A stretch of DNA of 64,000 nucleotides from an uncultured delta proteobacterium (GTDB lineage Bacteria > Desulfobacterota > Desulfobacteria > Desulfobacterales > JAFDCJ01), in assembly GCA_963769935.1 (NCBI GenBank), contig CAVYNY010000020.1, forward strand, positions 288,001 through 352,000. Reading direction: 5' to 3'. Shown here piece by piece: positions 42,061 through 51,883 of this stretch (its first letter is position 1; the number at the start of each line of letters is the position of its first letter). The notes beneath the pieces are model-generated. The model did no database searches. It was given only the letters and a program-made list of their open reading frames with translations, and had not been told where the DNA came from. Position numbers and translations under genes: made by a program.

Positions 42061-43677
42061 ATGAAAATAAAATCAATTCTGGCCGCAGCGCTCGTAAGCG
42101 CGCTGGCCTTGGCGAACGCATCCGCCCAATCAAACGACGCGATCCCGCTGTCGATGCTCACCCCGGACGTGGTCGAGACCAGCCTCGGCAAACTCACCTT
42201 CAACGACGGCGCTCCGACACCAGAAACCGCCAAGACGGTGGCCGACTTCCTGATCTTCACCAACGGTTTGAACGTCTATAACAACAGCTTCCGCGGAGCC
42301 TCGGCCTACGCGCTGCAGAAGGGCTTCCAAAGCATCGGCGCGGAGGACAACACGATCATAATCTTCTCCAAGCTGATGGATGCGAAGTCGCTCTTCCTGA
42401 CCGCCAACGCGGACACCGTCTATTACCTCGCGGTCTTCGATCTGACCAAGGGACCGATGGTGATCGAACAGCCGCCGAAGAGCGTGGGCACCATCAACGA
42501 CATGTGGTTCTCATGGATCATCGACATCGGATTCCCCGGACCCGATCGCGGTGAAGGCGGCAAATACCTGATCGTGCCTCCCGGCTATGACGGGCTGCTT
42601 CCGGACAGCGGCTTCCACGTCGCGCGCTCGAAGACCAACCGGGTCCTTTACGGGGCCCGCGCCTATCTGGTGGACAACGACCCGAAGCCGGCCGTCGAGA
42701 TGATCAAAAAGACCATGAAGGTCTATCCCTACACGCCGGGTGGGTATGGCACGAGCATCGCCACCGCTCTGGGAGGCGGCGTGCGGCTCGAAAAGAACCC
42801 TCCGGTTCCCGAGACCAAGTTCGTCGAGGCGACTGGCAAGGCCTTCAATACGATCCCGCCGAGCGATTACACTTACTTCGAGATGATTAACGAGAACGTG
42901 CAGCAGGAGCCGGCCACCAGCTACGACGTCGAGCTGGCCGGCCAGCTTGCCGCCATCGGCATCGTCAAGGGTAAGCCCTTCAAGCCGGATGCCAACACGA
43001 AGAGGGTTCTAACCGACGCGGCGAAGTTCGGCAATGCCACCGGTCGCGTCCTGAACTGGCGCTTCGCCAACATGCATCCCGATTGGTTCTACTACGAGAA
43101 TTCGATGTGGGGTAACATGCTGTGGGAAGGCGGCTATAACTTCGAGACGCCACCGCCGATGATAACGAAGGAGGGCTATTTCAAGCCTTTCCCGCCGACC
43201 GGAGCGCGCACACTCGATTCGCGGACCGCCTTCTACTACGCCTATACCCTGGACTCCCCCGGCATGATCATGCGCGTTCCCAAAGTCGGCTCGCAGTATC
43301 TGATGGGCTTCCTCGATGCGGACATGAATCCATTCGACGGCGGCAAGACCTATAAGTGCACGCTTCCGAAGGACATCCCGGCCGAAGCGTTCTGGTCGTT
43401 CACTGTTTATGACAACCAGTCCCGATCGATGCTCGACACTCCGCAGCGCTACCCGCGCGCCGGAAGCCAGAGCTATCCGTCGCCTGCCGCCGTGGCGAGT
43501 GCCGATGGTTCCACGACCATCTACTTCGGCCCCGAACAGCCGCAAGGCGTGGAACGCGGCAACTGGATCCAGACGATGCCTGGCAAGGGTTGGTTCACCA
43601 TCCTGCGCCTCTACAGCCCGCTTGAGTCCTTCTTCACGAAGGAATGGCGGGCGGGTGAGATCGAGCTGGTGAAGTGA
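42061..43677 (+). CDS. Secreted DUF1254/DUF1214 domain protein
   Basis: Signal peptide, LTANADTVY, GPDRGEGGKYL, FWSFTVYD, GNWIQT, LRLYSP. Confidence 0.92.
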   Translation: MKIKSILAAALVSALALANASAQSNDAIPLSMLTPDVVETSLGKLTFNDGAPTPETAKTVADFLIFTNGLNVYNNSFRGASAYALQKGFQSIGAEDNTIIIFSKLMDAKSLFLTANADTVYYLAVFDLTKGPMVIEQPPKSVGTINDMWFSWIIDIGFPGPDRGEGGKYLIVPPGYDGLLPDSGFHVARSKTNRVLYGARAYLVDNDPKPAVEMIKKTMKVYPYTPGGYGTSIATALGGGVRLEKNPPVPETKFVEATGKAFNTIPPSDYTYFEMINENVQQEPATSYDVELAGQLAAIGIVKGKPFKPDANTKRVLTDAAKFGNATGRVLNWRFANMHPDWFYYENSMWGNMLWEGGYNFETPPPMITKEGYFKPFPPTGARTLDSRTAFYYAYTLDSPGMIMRVPKVGSQYLMGFLDADMNPFDGGKTYKCTLPKDIPAEAFWSFTVYDNQSRSMLDTPQRYPRAGSQSYPSPAAVASADGSTTIYFGPEQPQGVERGNWIQTMPGKGWFTILRLYSPLESFFTKEWRAGEIELVK

Positions 43678-43823
43678 GGTGAGATCCTTTAACAAGGGCA
43701 TCCAGGCGAAAGTTACCAGACCTAATGCCTTTGTTTTATCCAAATTAGCTCCAACATTTCAACCGAATGGGTGAACTTAAACCTGCTGCTATTAAGCGAA
43801 ACTATTAAAAACTCCGAAACCAT

Positions 43824-43859
43824 GAAGGCCAACTACCAGGTATTGTAGCTGGCCTTTTT
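43824..43859 (+). terminator. Rho-independent terminator
   Basis: AAGGCCAACTAC-loop-GTAGCTGGCCTTTTT. Confidence 0.6.
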
Positions 43860-44312
43860 CAATTTTTCTAAGATAAGATCAATCTATTTGTATTGGATTA
43901 CTCCAAATTCATGTTCAAGATACCTCCAACGTATATGCAAAATATCTGGCCCCTAAAAAATGCATATACTGTTAACATCTATGTAGAATTGACCGATCTT
44001 TAAAAAATGTGACATCGGTATTTTTGCCGGGGTTGGGGTACCATCTACATATATGTACTTAGCTGATTTTCCATGTATTTCAATAATATCTGTACTCAAA
44101 CTGACCGATGAGCTCAATAAGCTGATGGTCAAAGTGGATGGCCCGCAGCTCTCACTCGCGGACATCAAGAAGCTCGAAGCCGGTATGAAGAAAGTTGCCG
44201 CCGGCCGCGAATAATGTTGTTGTGGTTGTGAAACGTGCGGGCCGGCCAGAAAGCATTCGGGACGGCCTGCGACTTCGCCCCCGAAGTGATAAAAGCGAAA
44301 GGAGATAGCAAT

Positions 44313-44762
44313 ATGATGGTTAAAGAAATTCCTGCTATGAGTGGCGCCCTCGGATCCGTGAGGCAGCTTGGCTTCGTCGTGCATGATCTCGATCGGGCCT
44401 TGGAGTACTGGACGAAGACCCTTAGGGTCGGGCCGTTTTTTACGATTCGCAATGTCGTCCCCGAAAAGTGGCACTATCGGGGACAACCGTCGCTTGCTCC
44501 TCGGGCGAGTATTGCACTCGCCAACTCAGGTGACCTGCAAATCGAGATCATCCAGCAGCACGACGACCACCCTACGGGTTGGCGGGATTTCCTCGCCTCC
44601 GGTCGTGAGGGGTTCCAGCACGTCTCGTCGTGGCTGACCCGCGCTGAGTACGATGCAACCATGGCCCGCATGCTGGCTGCCGGAACCGATGTGATCCACG
44701 CAGGCGTCAGCAACATCACGACCAGCCCAGGAACAATGCGAAAAGCTGGAAAGTACAACTGA
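44313..44762 (+). pseudogene. VOC/glyoxalase family protein, C-terminally truncated
   Basis: QLGFVVHDLDRAL.YW, QIEIIQ, GFQH. Similarity ends near 44710. Confidence 0.75.
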
Positions 44763-44947
44763 ATGAAAACGCAGAGTCGTCGATTGACCACGGCAGGATT
44801 GTTGTCCTCTGCCGGCCTCGCGCAGCAACAACGCCAGCGGGTAATCGTCGTTTTAGTTGTGAAACGCGCGGGCTGTCTGGTAGGATGGCCCGCGACTTCA
44901 TCATCGAAGCTCCAATCAAAAGGAGACAGCAGAAAATGAAACGCACG

Positions 44948-45139
44948 CTATTTTAAAGAGATGTCATCGGGGACATGGCGGGCTGCTTCACCGATGATAA
45001 TAAAGTTGCGAATAACAGCGTCGATTGTTTTTGCATCCTTTCGGAAATCGTCAAACTCCATTTTTTCAACGTACTTCTGAATCTTCTGGATGGAATCAAT
45101 GATATCCGAGATTCGATGCTTCCACAATCTATGCGACAT
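44948..45139 (-). pseudogene. HepT-like (DUF86) ribonuclease toxin, truncated
   Basis: DAVIRNFIIIGEAA. Stops before the Rx4-6H catalytic motif. Confidence 0.8.
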
Positions 45140-45422
45140 TGACAGCCTCAGATAAAATTCGATCTCGCAATGCTGGGTGTATAGCGCCCCTCTGGATAAG
45201 GTCAATTTTGGGCACACCAATTATATCTTCCAGCTTATGCTGGATTTCAAATAGATAAAACAAGCCTACCTCACGATCAAAATCGACCAGTAGATCGATA
45301 TCGTTTTGGTTGGTGCATTCATCTCTGGCTACAGAGCCAAAAACAGCAAGGGAAACCACTCCCATTTCTCTGAGTTCATGGCGATGGGCCGCGAGTTTAT
45401 TTTCAAGTTCTTTCTTTGTCAA
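45129..45422 (-). CDS. MntA-like minimal nucleotidyltransferase antitoxin
   Basis: FGSVARDE....DIDLLVDF. Overlaps the hepT fragment. Confidence 0.88.
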   Translation of the reverse strand: MTKKELENKLAAHRHELREMGVVSLAVFGSVARDECTNQNDIDLLVDFDREVGLFYLFEIQHKLEDIIGVPKIDLIQRGAIHPALRDRILSEAVNVA

Positions 45423-45591
45423 AAGAGACTTCCTCAGACTGAATTTCGTCCTAAACGTCGTTTGTCAAAGCTATAGCTTATGTGAAATACCCGGTCAATT
45501 CAAAATCCAAATTTATCACTTCCGCTTAATGCAGGATTTGAATCATTTAATGCTCTTGGGAATCAATCGAAGGGAGTTTGAAAGAATAAAG

Positions 45592-45613
45592 AGAGCCGCA
45601 AATGAGCGGCTCT
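45592..45613 (-). terminator. Terminator downstream of tRNA-Glu
   Basis: AGAGCCGC-AAATGA-GCGGCTCT with T tracts on both sides. Confidence 0.65.
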
Positions 45614-45647
45614 TTTTGGCTTGCCATGCGAAGCTGCAAGCGAAGCA

Positions 45648-45722
45648 TGGTGATCCCACCGGGATTCGAACCCGGGTTACCGGCGTGAGAGGCCGATGTC
45701 CTAACCACTAGACGATGGGACC
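45648..45722 (-). tRNA. tRNA-Glu (anticodon CTC)
   Basis: GGTCCCATCGTCTAGTGGTTAGGACATCGGCCTCTCACGCCGGTAACCCGGGTTCGAATCCCGGTGGGATCACCA. Cloverleaf, TTCGAAT T-loop, encoded CCA. Confidence 0.97.
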
Positions 45723-45804
45723 GAATTGGCATGTTGGTTGGGCATTAATACAGGAAAGGACTGGGGGTTGTCAAACGATAATTGGGAGAAAAGCCAAATA
45801 GCGG

Positions 45805-45850
45805 GTTGTGAGTTGGATGTTGTGAGTTGGATGTTGTGAGTTATAGGTTG
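45805..45850. repeat. Tandem heptamer array (GTTGTGA/GTTGGAT)
   Basis: GTTGTGAGTTGGAT twice, then GTTGTGAGTT. Confidence 0.7.
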
Positions 45851-45912
45851 TCTGTGGTAAGTTGTATTTTGTTTGTAGTTTCAATAACTAACAGTAAATC
45901 AGTCCCGGATTT

Positions 45913-46113
45913 TTATGCTTCTTTGATGACATCCCGAAATCTGAAATCAAATGTTCCGGCGTCTTTTAACGTTACTTCTGCCAGTTGGATTTCTGTATCA
46001 AACTGACCGAGTACCTTGTTCAGGGCTTCTTTTTCAGATTTAGCATTCGATGCGGTTTTAATCCGATTAATTTGGTCCTGATCCAACTCCAGCGTCTTTT
46101 TGACAAGAGCCAT
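45913..46113 (-). CDS. Small VapB-like antitoxin candidate (orphan)
   Basis: KKTLELDQ..I..IK...AKSEKEALN ribbon-helix-helix-like pattern. RBS GGAGGGG. Confidence 0.55.
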   Translation of the reverse strand: MALVKKTLELDQDQINRIKTASNAKSEKEALNKVLGQFDTEIQLAEVTLKDAGTFDFRFRDVIKEA

Positions 46114-46139
46114 TTTCCCCTCCAGCTAAGCCATATAAT

Positions 46140-46352
46140 TCAGATTATCAGGCCGGTTTTTTTTCCTTTGCGGAAACCGAACAGCAGGTAGACGAGAAAC
46201 CCGATAAAGGGAATGGATGCGATCACCCACCACATGGCCTTTTTGCCGATCGTACCGAAGTCTTTTTGTGCGACGTCGACAATCGCCCAGATGGTGGCCA
46301 ATAAGAATGGTACACAGAGACCGACGAAGATTATGGCTGTCTTTATACCCAT
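46140..46352 (-). CDS. PLDc N-terminal domain small membrane protein
   Basis: WAIVDVA.KDF...K..W....IPFIG.LVYLLFG. Confidence 0.8.
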   Translation of the reverse strand: MGIKTAIIFVGLCVPFLLATIWAIVDVAQKDFGTIGKKAMWWVIASIPFIGFLVYLLFGFRKGKKTGLII

Positions 46353-46359
46353 AGAAAAA

Positions 46360-46405
46360 AATGCACTAAAGTGCACTAAAATGCCTAAATTGCCTAAAAT
46401 TAGGG
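46360..46405. repeat. Tandem (A/G)TGC(A)CTAAA repeats, same family as 57437-57612
   Basis: AATGCACTAAAGTGCACTAAAATGCCTAAATTGCCTAAAAT. Confidence 0.65.
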
Positions 46406-46548
46406 ATATTAACCATTTGATAATAAGAGATAAAAAATATGCGTAGCATAAAATAATTAATCCGCGGCACTTCCATTAAAACACCATCGTTCAGTATGCG
46501 TGGAAAAGCTTATAAACCTGCAATATGTTATTATTCTGGGCGGATTAA

Positions 46549-47433
46549 TTAACTTTGCAGACGTGATGCAATCTTTAAAATTGCATTAACATAATATTCG
46601 CTGTGATTGTAGTGGTAAATGACTTTTTCGGCTTTTTGGCGGCTGATGCCGGGTCGCCAGCCATGGCGTTTGAGATAGTTGGCGATGCTGGCCATGGAAT
46701 CGGCATGGGTGTGCAGGTCGATGGTGCCGTCATTGTTGCCGTCTTTCCCGTAAGCCAGGATGCTGCTGGGCATAAATTGCGCGAGTCCCATGGCGCCGGC
46801 AAATGAACCGGAAATTTCGGCAGGGTCGAAGCCCTGCTGGTATGCATATTCCAGGAAGGCCTTCAATTCCGCATAAGCCCATTTTGATTTTCTCTTGGCT
46901 GATTTTTCGAACTCCGGGCGTGACATCCGTTTGGCCTCCGGGATCATGGTATAAAATTCGCTGCGCACATCCGGGTACATCAAGGCTGCCAGGGTGGAAA
47001 GGGTATTCAGAGCGGACCGGGTCCCCACGGTTCGTCCCAGGCCGGATTCCACCAGCAGAATGGCGGTGATGACTCTTTTGTCCACACCATAGGTTTTTTC
47101 GGTTTTCGCAAGCTCCTCCTTGTGATCTTCCATGTATTTTTTGGCTTCACTGATGGACCAATCGTTGGAAAATTGATTGTAATCCACCTTGGCCTCGCTG
47201 TACGTGAAAAGCACGGTGGCGCCATCGGCTTCGAAAGTAACCTCGGGCCGCTCATACAGGGTTTGGATCTTTTCGGAATCGAAGCCGTCTTTTATCAGCT
47301 GCTCTTTAAGCAGTTCAAAATGACCGGAAATGTTCTCATCGACGGCCCCGGCATATCCGGTCCCCAACAAGATAGCGGCCAGGATGATGATAATTTTTTG
47401 AATTTTTCTTATGGTGCTTGCCCGAAGAGACAT
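46549..47433 (-). CDS. mltB: Lytic murein transglycosylase (MltB family)
   Basis: ILLVES, GSFAGAMGLAQFMPSS, DGNNDG.IDL, SIANYL, YNHS..Y. Confidence 0.9.
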   Translation of the reverse strand: MSLRASTIRKIQKIIIILAAILLGTGYAGAVDENISGHFELLKEQLIKDGFDSEKIQTLYERPEVTFEADGATVLFTYSEAKVDYNQFSNDWSISEAKKYMEDHKEELAKTEKTYGVDKRVITAILLVESGLGRTVGTRSALNTLSTLAALMYPDVRSEFYTMIPEAKRMSRPEFEKSAKRKSKWAYAELKAFLEYAYQQGFDPAEISGSFAGAMGLAQFMPSSILAYGKDGNNDGTIDLHTHADSMASIANYLKRHGWRPGISRQKAEKVIYHYNHSEYYVNAILKIASRLQS

Positions 47434-47555
47434 TGCCTTACCACCTTCTGTTATTTAACCCATTAATGTATGAAGATTGGTTCCTGCTTGATCCTGGCGA
47501 ATTCACGTGCTATTTTTAACCTCAATCATACCATATCTGTTTGAAAGATGCCATT

Positions 47556-48923
47556 GTGAAAAAATCTCAAAAGACCTTATTTTGCTGTCAAACCTGCGGG
47601 TACCAGGCACCGAAGTGGATTGGCAGATGTCCCGATTGCGGCACCTGGGATTCATTTGTGGAAGAAAGGCTCCCCGGCGGTTCCAGCAGCGGAGCCCGCG
47701 GGGCGGTATCCGCATCCCGGAGCACGCCGGTGCCCATCGACTCCATCGATCTGACAATCGAACACCGACTGTGTACGGGCATCCAGGAGTTCGACAGGGT
47801 GCTGGGAGGGGGACTGGTTGCCGGAACCCTGGTTCTGATCGGCGGCGATCCGGGGATCGGCAAATCCACTCTGATGCTGCAGGCTTTGCACGGTCTTGCC
47901 TTTCAGGGGCATAAGGTCCTTTATGTGTCCGGCGAGGAGTCGATCCGCCAGATTCGGCTGCGCAGCAAAAGGCTGGACACGGTATCATCGGATTTGCTGG
48001 TCGTATCCGAAGTTGAAATTGAAGCGATTCTGTCGATGATTGAAACCACCCGGCCCAGCGTGCTGGTAATTGATTCGATTCAGACCATGTTTAACGGCGA
48101 ATTGACTTCTGCGCCGGGCAGTGTGAGCCAGGTGCGGGAGTCTACCGTAAGATTGATGCTCATGGCCAAGAAAACAGGCATTCCCACCCTGCTGGTGGGC
48201 CATGTTACCAAGGATGGTGCCATTGCGGGCCCCAAGCTGCTGGAGCATATGGTGGACACCGTCCTTTATTTTGAAGGGGATCGCAATCACATATTTCGCA
48301 TCCTGCGGGCGGTAAAAAATCGGTTCGGCTCCACCAATGAAATCGGGGTCTTTGAGATGAAAGACCGGGGCCTGGATGAGGTCGCCAATCCATCGGCGGT
48401 TTTTCTTTCCGAACGTCCGGCCGGTGCGCCGGGCTCGGCCGTCACCGCCAGTATGGAGGGTACACGGCCGATTCTCGTTGAATTGCAGTCGCTGGCGAGT
48501 GCCACGAATTTCGGAACGCCGCGCCGCACGATTCTGGGTCTGGATTCAAACCGGGTGGCTTTGTTGGCGGCCGTCATGGAAAAGAAGCTGGGTATGCATC
48601 TGATGGGCTATGATATATTCATGAATGTTGCCGGGGGGGTCAAAGTAGTGGAACCGGCGGTTGATATGGCCATCGTCGCCGCCATCGCCTCAAGTTTTTT
48701 AGACAAGCCTATCGCCGACGGGACCGTTGTTTTGGGAGAGATCGGCTTGACCGGGGAGGTGCGGGCCATCGGTCAGGTGGAAAACCGGATATCCGAATGC
48801 CGCAAAATGGGCTTTACCCGATGCCTGGTGCCGGCAAGCAACATCAAACGCCTATCGGCAATTGACGGGATTGAAATCACTGGAGTCAGAACGGTATCGG
48901 AGGTGGTTGAAAACCTGTTCTGA
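47556..48923 (+). CDS. radA: DNA repair protein RadA/Sms
   Basis: C4 zinc finger, GDPGIGKST, KNRFG, GEIGLTGEVR. Confidence 0.98.
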   Translation: MKKSQKTLFCCQTCGYQAPKWIGRCPDCGTWDSFVEERLPGGSSSGARGAVSASRSTPVPIDSIDLTIEHRLCTGIQEFDRVLGGGLVAGTLVLIGGDPGIGKSTLMLQALHGLAFQGHKVLYVSGEESIRQIRLRSKRLDTVSSDLLVVSEVEIEAILSMIETTRPSVLVIDSIQTMFNGELTSAPGSVSQVRESTVRLMLMAKKTGIPTLLVGHVTKDGAIAGPKLLEHMVDTVLYFEGDRNHIFRILRAVKNRFGSTNEIGVFEMKDRGLDEVANPSAVFLSERPAGAPGSAVTASMEGTRPILVELQSLASATNFGTPRRTILGLDSNRVALLAAVMEKKLGMHLMGYDIFMNVAGGVKVVEPAVDMAIVAAIASSFLDKPIADGTVVLGEIGLTGEVRAIGQVENRISECRKMGFTRCLVPASNIKRLSAIDGIEITGVRTVSEVVENLF

Positions 48924-49022
48924 TAATCAGGACACGGAGCGGCCCGGATCAACCTGGATCAAGCATTATTCCGAGCAGTGTAATTATGAAAGTCCCAAGC
49001 ACTAAAAATCAAATTCCGAATG

Positions 49023-49099
49023 GTTCGACAAACCGATCGACAGGCTCACGGTCCTGAGCAAAGTCGAAGGGCTCACCACCCTGAGCTAAGTCGAAGGGC
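49023..49099. repeat. REP-like palindromic repeat cluster (TTCGAC..GCTCAC..CTGAGC..GTCGAAGGG)
   Basis: Two GCTCAC-N-CTGAGC-N-GTCGAAGGGC units pairing with upstream TTCGAC/TCGAC. Confidence 0.6.
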
Positions 49100-49291
49100 A
49101 AACCCCAATGACCCAAATTTAAAATCCCAGATAAATAATCCTCCTATACTTTGATCTGTGTCCTTGATCTTGACTGATTTAATAACCAATAGTATATGTT
49201 ACAAGTTTGCCCAAATTGTTGAGGAATTCAAGACTCAACAATGATTATAGCAGAGACGAGGCAGGCAACGCGAAACCCGCAACGCAAAAAA

Positions 49292-49891
49292 ATGAAACCT
49301 TCGGCTGCCAAAAAAAATCAGTCCTGGCAGGATCACTATACACGCCGGGCGAAAAAGGAACAGTATCCGGCACGATCAATTTACAAACTGCAGGAAATTC
49401 AGCAAAAACATTTCCTGATTAAAAAAGGGCATAAGATTCTGGACTTGGGGTGCTCGCCGGGTTCCTGGCTGATTTATGCCGCCCAGCTGACGGGAGACAC
49501 TGGGCGGGTAGTCGGCATTGACCTCAAGCCCGTTAAAATACAGGTTCCCTCACAGGTTCAAATCATAACAGCGGATGTGTTTTCCTTGGACGTTGAATCT
49601 CTGGGCCAAGAATTCAATGTGGTGCTAAGCGATATGGCGCCCGCTACCACCGGCCACAAAGCCGTGGATGCCGCGCGATCATTTAATCTGTGCGAGACCG
49701 CCCTGAGCATTGCGCAGAAGGTTTTATTACCGGGAGGGCACTTTATCTGCAAGATTTTTCAGGGCCCTGATTTCAAACAATTTCATGAGGCGGTGAGAGC
49801 CGTCTTTAACGAACAAAAGATTTTCAAGCCGCAGAGCAGCCGCAAAGCCAGCAAGGAGATATATTTAATCGGGCTGGGTTTGATAAAATAA
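49292..49891 (+). CDS. rlmE: 23S rRNA (uridine-2'-O)-methyltransferase RlmE
   Basis: YPARSIYKL, DLGCSPGSW, SDMAP, KP.SSR..SKEIY. Confidence 0.95.
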   Translation: MKPSAAKKNQSWQDHYTRRAKKEQYPARSIYKLQEIQQKHFLIKKGHKILDLGCSPGSWLIYAAQLTGDTGRVVGIDLKPVKIQVPSQVQIITADVFSLDVESLGQEFNVVLSDMAPATTGHKAVDAARSFNLCETALSIAQKVLLPGGHFICKIFQGPDFKQFHEAVRAVFNEQKIFKPQSSRKASKEIYLIGLGLIK

Positions 49892-49947
49892 TGCGGCCAT
49901 AACTATCCAAACAATTGAATTTGATTTAATTGAGGTGGGAGGTACAT

Positions 49948-50691
49948 ATGTCAGGACACAGCAAGTGGTCGAGTATCAAACACAAAAAGGCCGCCACCGA
50001 TGCCAAACGGGGCAAAATCTTTACCAAACTGATTAAAGAAATTACTGTGGCCGCCCGCACGGGCGGAGGCGATGAGAGCGCCAACCCCAGGCTGCGGGCC
50101 GCGATTCTGGCGGCTAAAAGTGAAAACATGCCCAAGGACAATATTGAACGGGCCATCAAAAAGGGGACCGGTGAACTTGAAGGCGTCAGTTATGAAGAAA
50201 CCATTTACGAAGGCTACGGTCCCGGCGGGGCAGCGGTGCTGGTGGAATCTTTAACCGACAATAAAAACCGGACGGTGGCCGAGATTCGCAGCATCTTCGG
50301 CAAAAACGGCGGCAGTCTCGGCGAAAACGGCTGCGTGGCCTGGATGTTTAAGAAGAAGGGTTACATCGCGATCGAGAGCAACTCCGTTGAAGAGGAAAAG
50401 CTGATGGAGATAGCCCTGGATGCCGGCGCTGAGGACATCCGGGAGGATAACGGCAATTTTGAAGTCATCACCGCCCCGGGAAATTTCGAAGCGGTAAAGG
50501 AAGCCATCGAAAAAGCTTCGATACCATACTTAGACGCCGAAGTAACCGTGCTGCCCAAAAATACGACCAATCTGGCCGGCAAAGAAGCCGAGCAGATGAT
50601 GCGCCTGATGGAACTGCTGGACGACTGCGATGATGTCCAAAAGGTTTATACCAATGCGGATATACCGGAAGAGATAATGGAGAATATGTGA
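49948..50691 (+). CDS. yebC: YebC/PmpR family protein
   Basis: [27 protein letters not shown]. Confidence 0.96.
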   Translation: MSGHSKWSSIKHKKAATDAKRGKIFTKLIKEITVAARTGGGDESANPRLRAAILAAKSENMPKDNIERAIKKGTGELEGVSYEETIYEGYGPGGAAVLVESLTDNKNRTVAEIRSIFGKNGGSLGENGCVAWMFKKKGYIAIESNSVEEEKLMEIALDAGAEDIREDNGNFEVITAPGNFEAVKEAIEKASIPYLDAEVTVLPKNTTNLAGKEAEQMMRLMELLDDCDDVQKVYTNADIPEEIMENM

Positions 50692-50692
50692 C

Positions 50693-50901
50693 GGATACTG
50701 GATGATAGATGCTCGGATGCTGGATATTGGATGCTTGAAAGGTATAGGTTAAAGGCTAAAGGTAAAAGGTCAAAGGCGTGCGGCGCACGGTGAAAAACAG
50801 ACCAACGGTGCACGGCATAGGGTGAAAGGCAGAGAATACTGAATTTGGAATTCGAAATCTGAAGCGATTCGCTGTATTCCTTTGCCTTACGCCTTGTACC
50901 T
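50693..50901. repeat. Mixed heptamer arrays (GGATGCT; AAAGGT/AAGGC) with inverted counterpart (CCTT..) between convergent genes
   Basis: GGATACT GGATGAT AGATGCT..; AAAGGT ATAGGTT AAAGGCT AAAGGTA..; CCTTTG CCTTACG CCTTGTA CCT. Confidence 0.7.
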
Positions 50902-50902
50902 A

Positions 50903-51598
50903 TTATTTATCTATCTGCAGCACGTCAGCGCCCGGCGGGATGGCGAAACTGAAGAGTGAGTCATCCAGTTTGACATCGAATTTATGATTGATCAACTCGA
51001 TGCGATTCTCATCACCATAGGAGTTGTAGGTAATAACCCGTATAACGGTAAACGTATTTTTGGTAACGGAAATACGAATATCGTCGACATCCAAAGTCTT
51101 CTCCAGGGGCTTTAGTTCAAGTTCATAAAAGAAATCATCCTTTGACTGTAACAGCAAAATATCGAACTTTTTTCGAATCAGTTTGATATCCGACAGAAAA
51201 CTGGCCCCTTTGCCGTCGCTGAAAAAAGCCGGTGCGCTGCCGGTCATCACCTGGTTGTCAGCGGGTCTGTAAATCCACAGTTTATAACCGTCCGTAATGA
51301 TAATCTGCTTTTCCGGCTTTTCATACTCCCATCTCATCATACCCGGGTAGCGGACATACACCTTGCCGGTCGCAAAGTCGGTGATATCCATCGCTTTCAA
51401 AGTCGATTCCTGGCTAAATTCCGCCGTAAAGCTTTTGCCCGTATAATGCTGCTCAAGCCGATCTAAAATTTGTTCCAGCGTCAGATCCGGCTCAGCGGCG
51501 AATGCATTCATGCCGCAATGCCGGATTGAAAATGTGAAAATTGGTGATCCTAAAAGAGCAAATAATACGAGCGAAATCGTCAATAACTTGAATTTCAT
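50903..51598 (-). CDS. lolA: Outer membrane lipoprotein carrier LolA
   Basis: FTAEFSQ, PGMMRWEY.KP, DG.KLWIY, FSFAIPPGADV. Confidence 0.88.
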   Translation of the reverse strand: MKFKLLTISLVLFALLGSPIFTFSIRHCGMNAFAAEPDLTLEQILDRLEQHYTGKSFTAEFSQESTLKAMDITDFATGKVYVRYPGMMRWEYEKPEKQIIITDGYKLWIYRPADNQVMTGSAPAFFSDGKGASFLSDIKLIRKKFDILLLQSKDDFFYELELKPLEKTLDVDDIRISVTKNTFTVIRVITYNSYGDENRIELINHKFDVKLDDSLFSFAIPPGADVLQIDK

Positions 51599-51646
51599 TT
51601 TGCAAAATCCCTAACCCGGACGAGCCGGAACCAAAAATTACAAATT

Positions 51647-51750
51647 AATCACGAAAGCACGAAAGGACCCCGGTTAAACGGAATAAAAAGGTTTAACAGG
51701 GCCGGCGAAAACGCGAAAAAAAGACAAAATAAATTTCGTGCTTTCGTGAT
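51647..51750. repeat. Inverted CACGAAAG repeat hairpin
   Basis: ATCACGAAAGCACGAAA ... TTTCGTGCTTTCGTGAT, perfect 17-bp arms. Confidence 0.75.
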
Positions 51751-51883
51751 GAAAATATTTTTTCAAAATATACCAAAAAATTAAATTTAATACTAATGGT
51801 TGATCTAATGAATTTTCAGTTAAAACAAAAGACGGCCAGGTTCGCCGTTCGTCGACAATAACTGAATAAAAAACGATTGTAAT

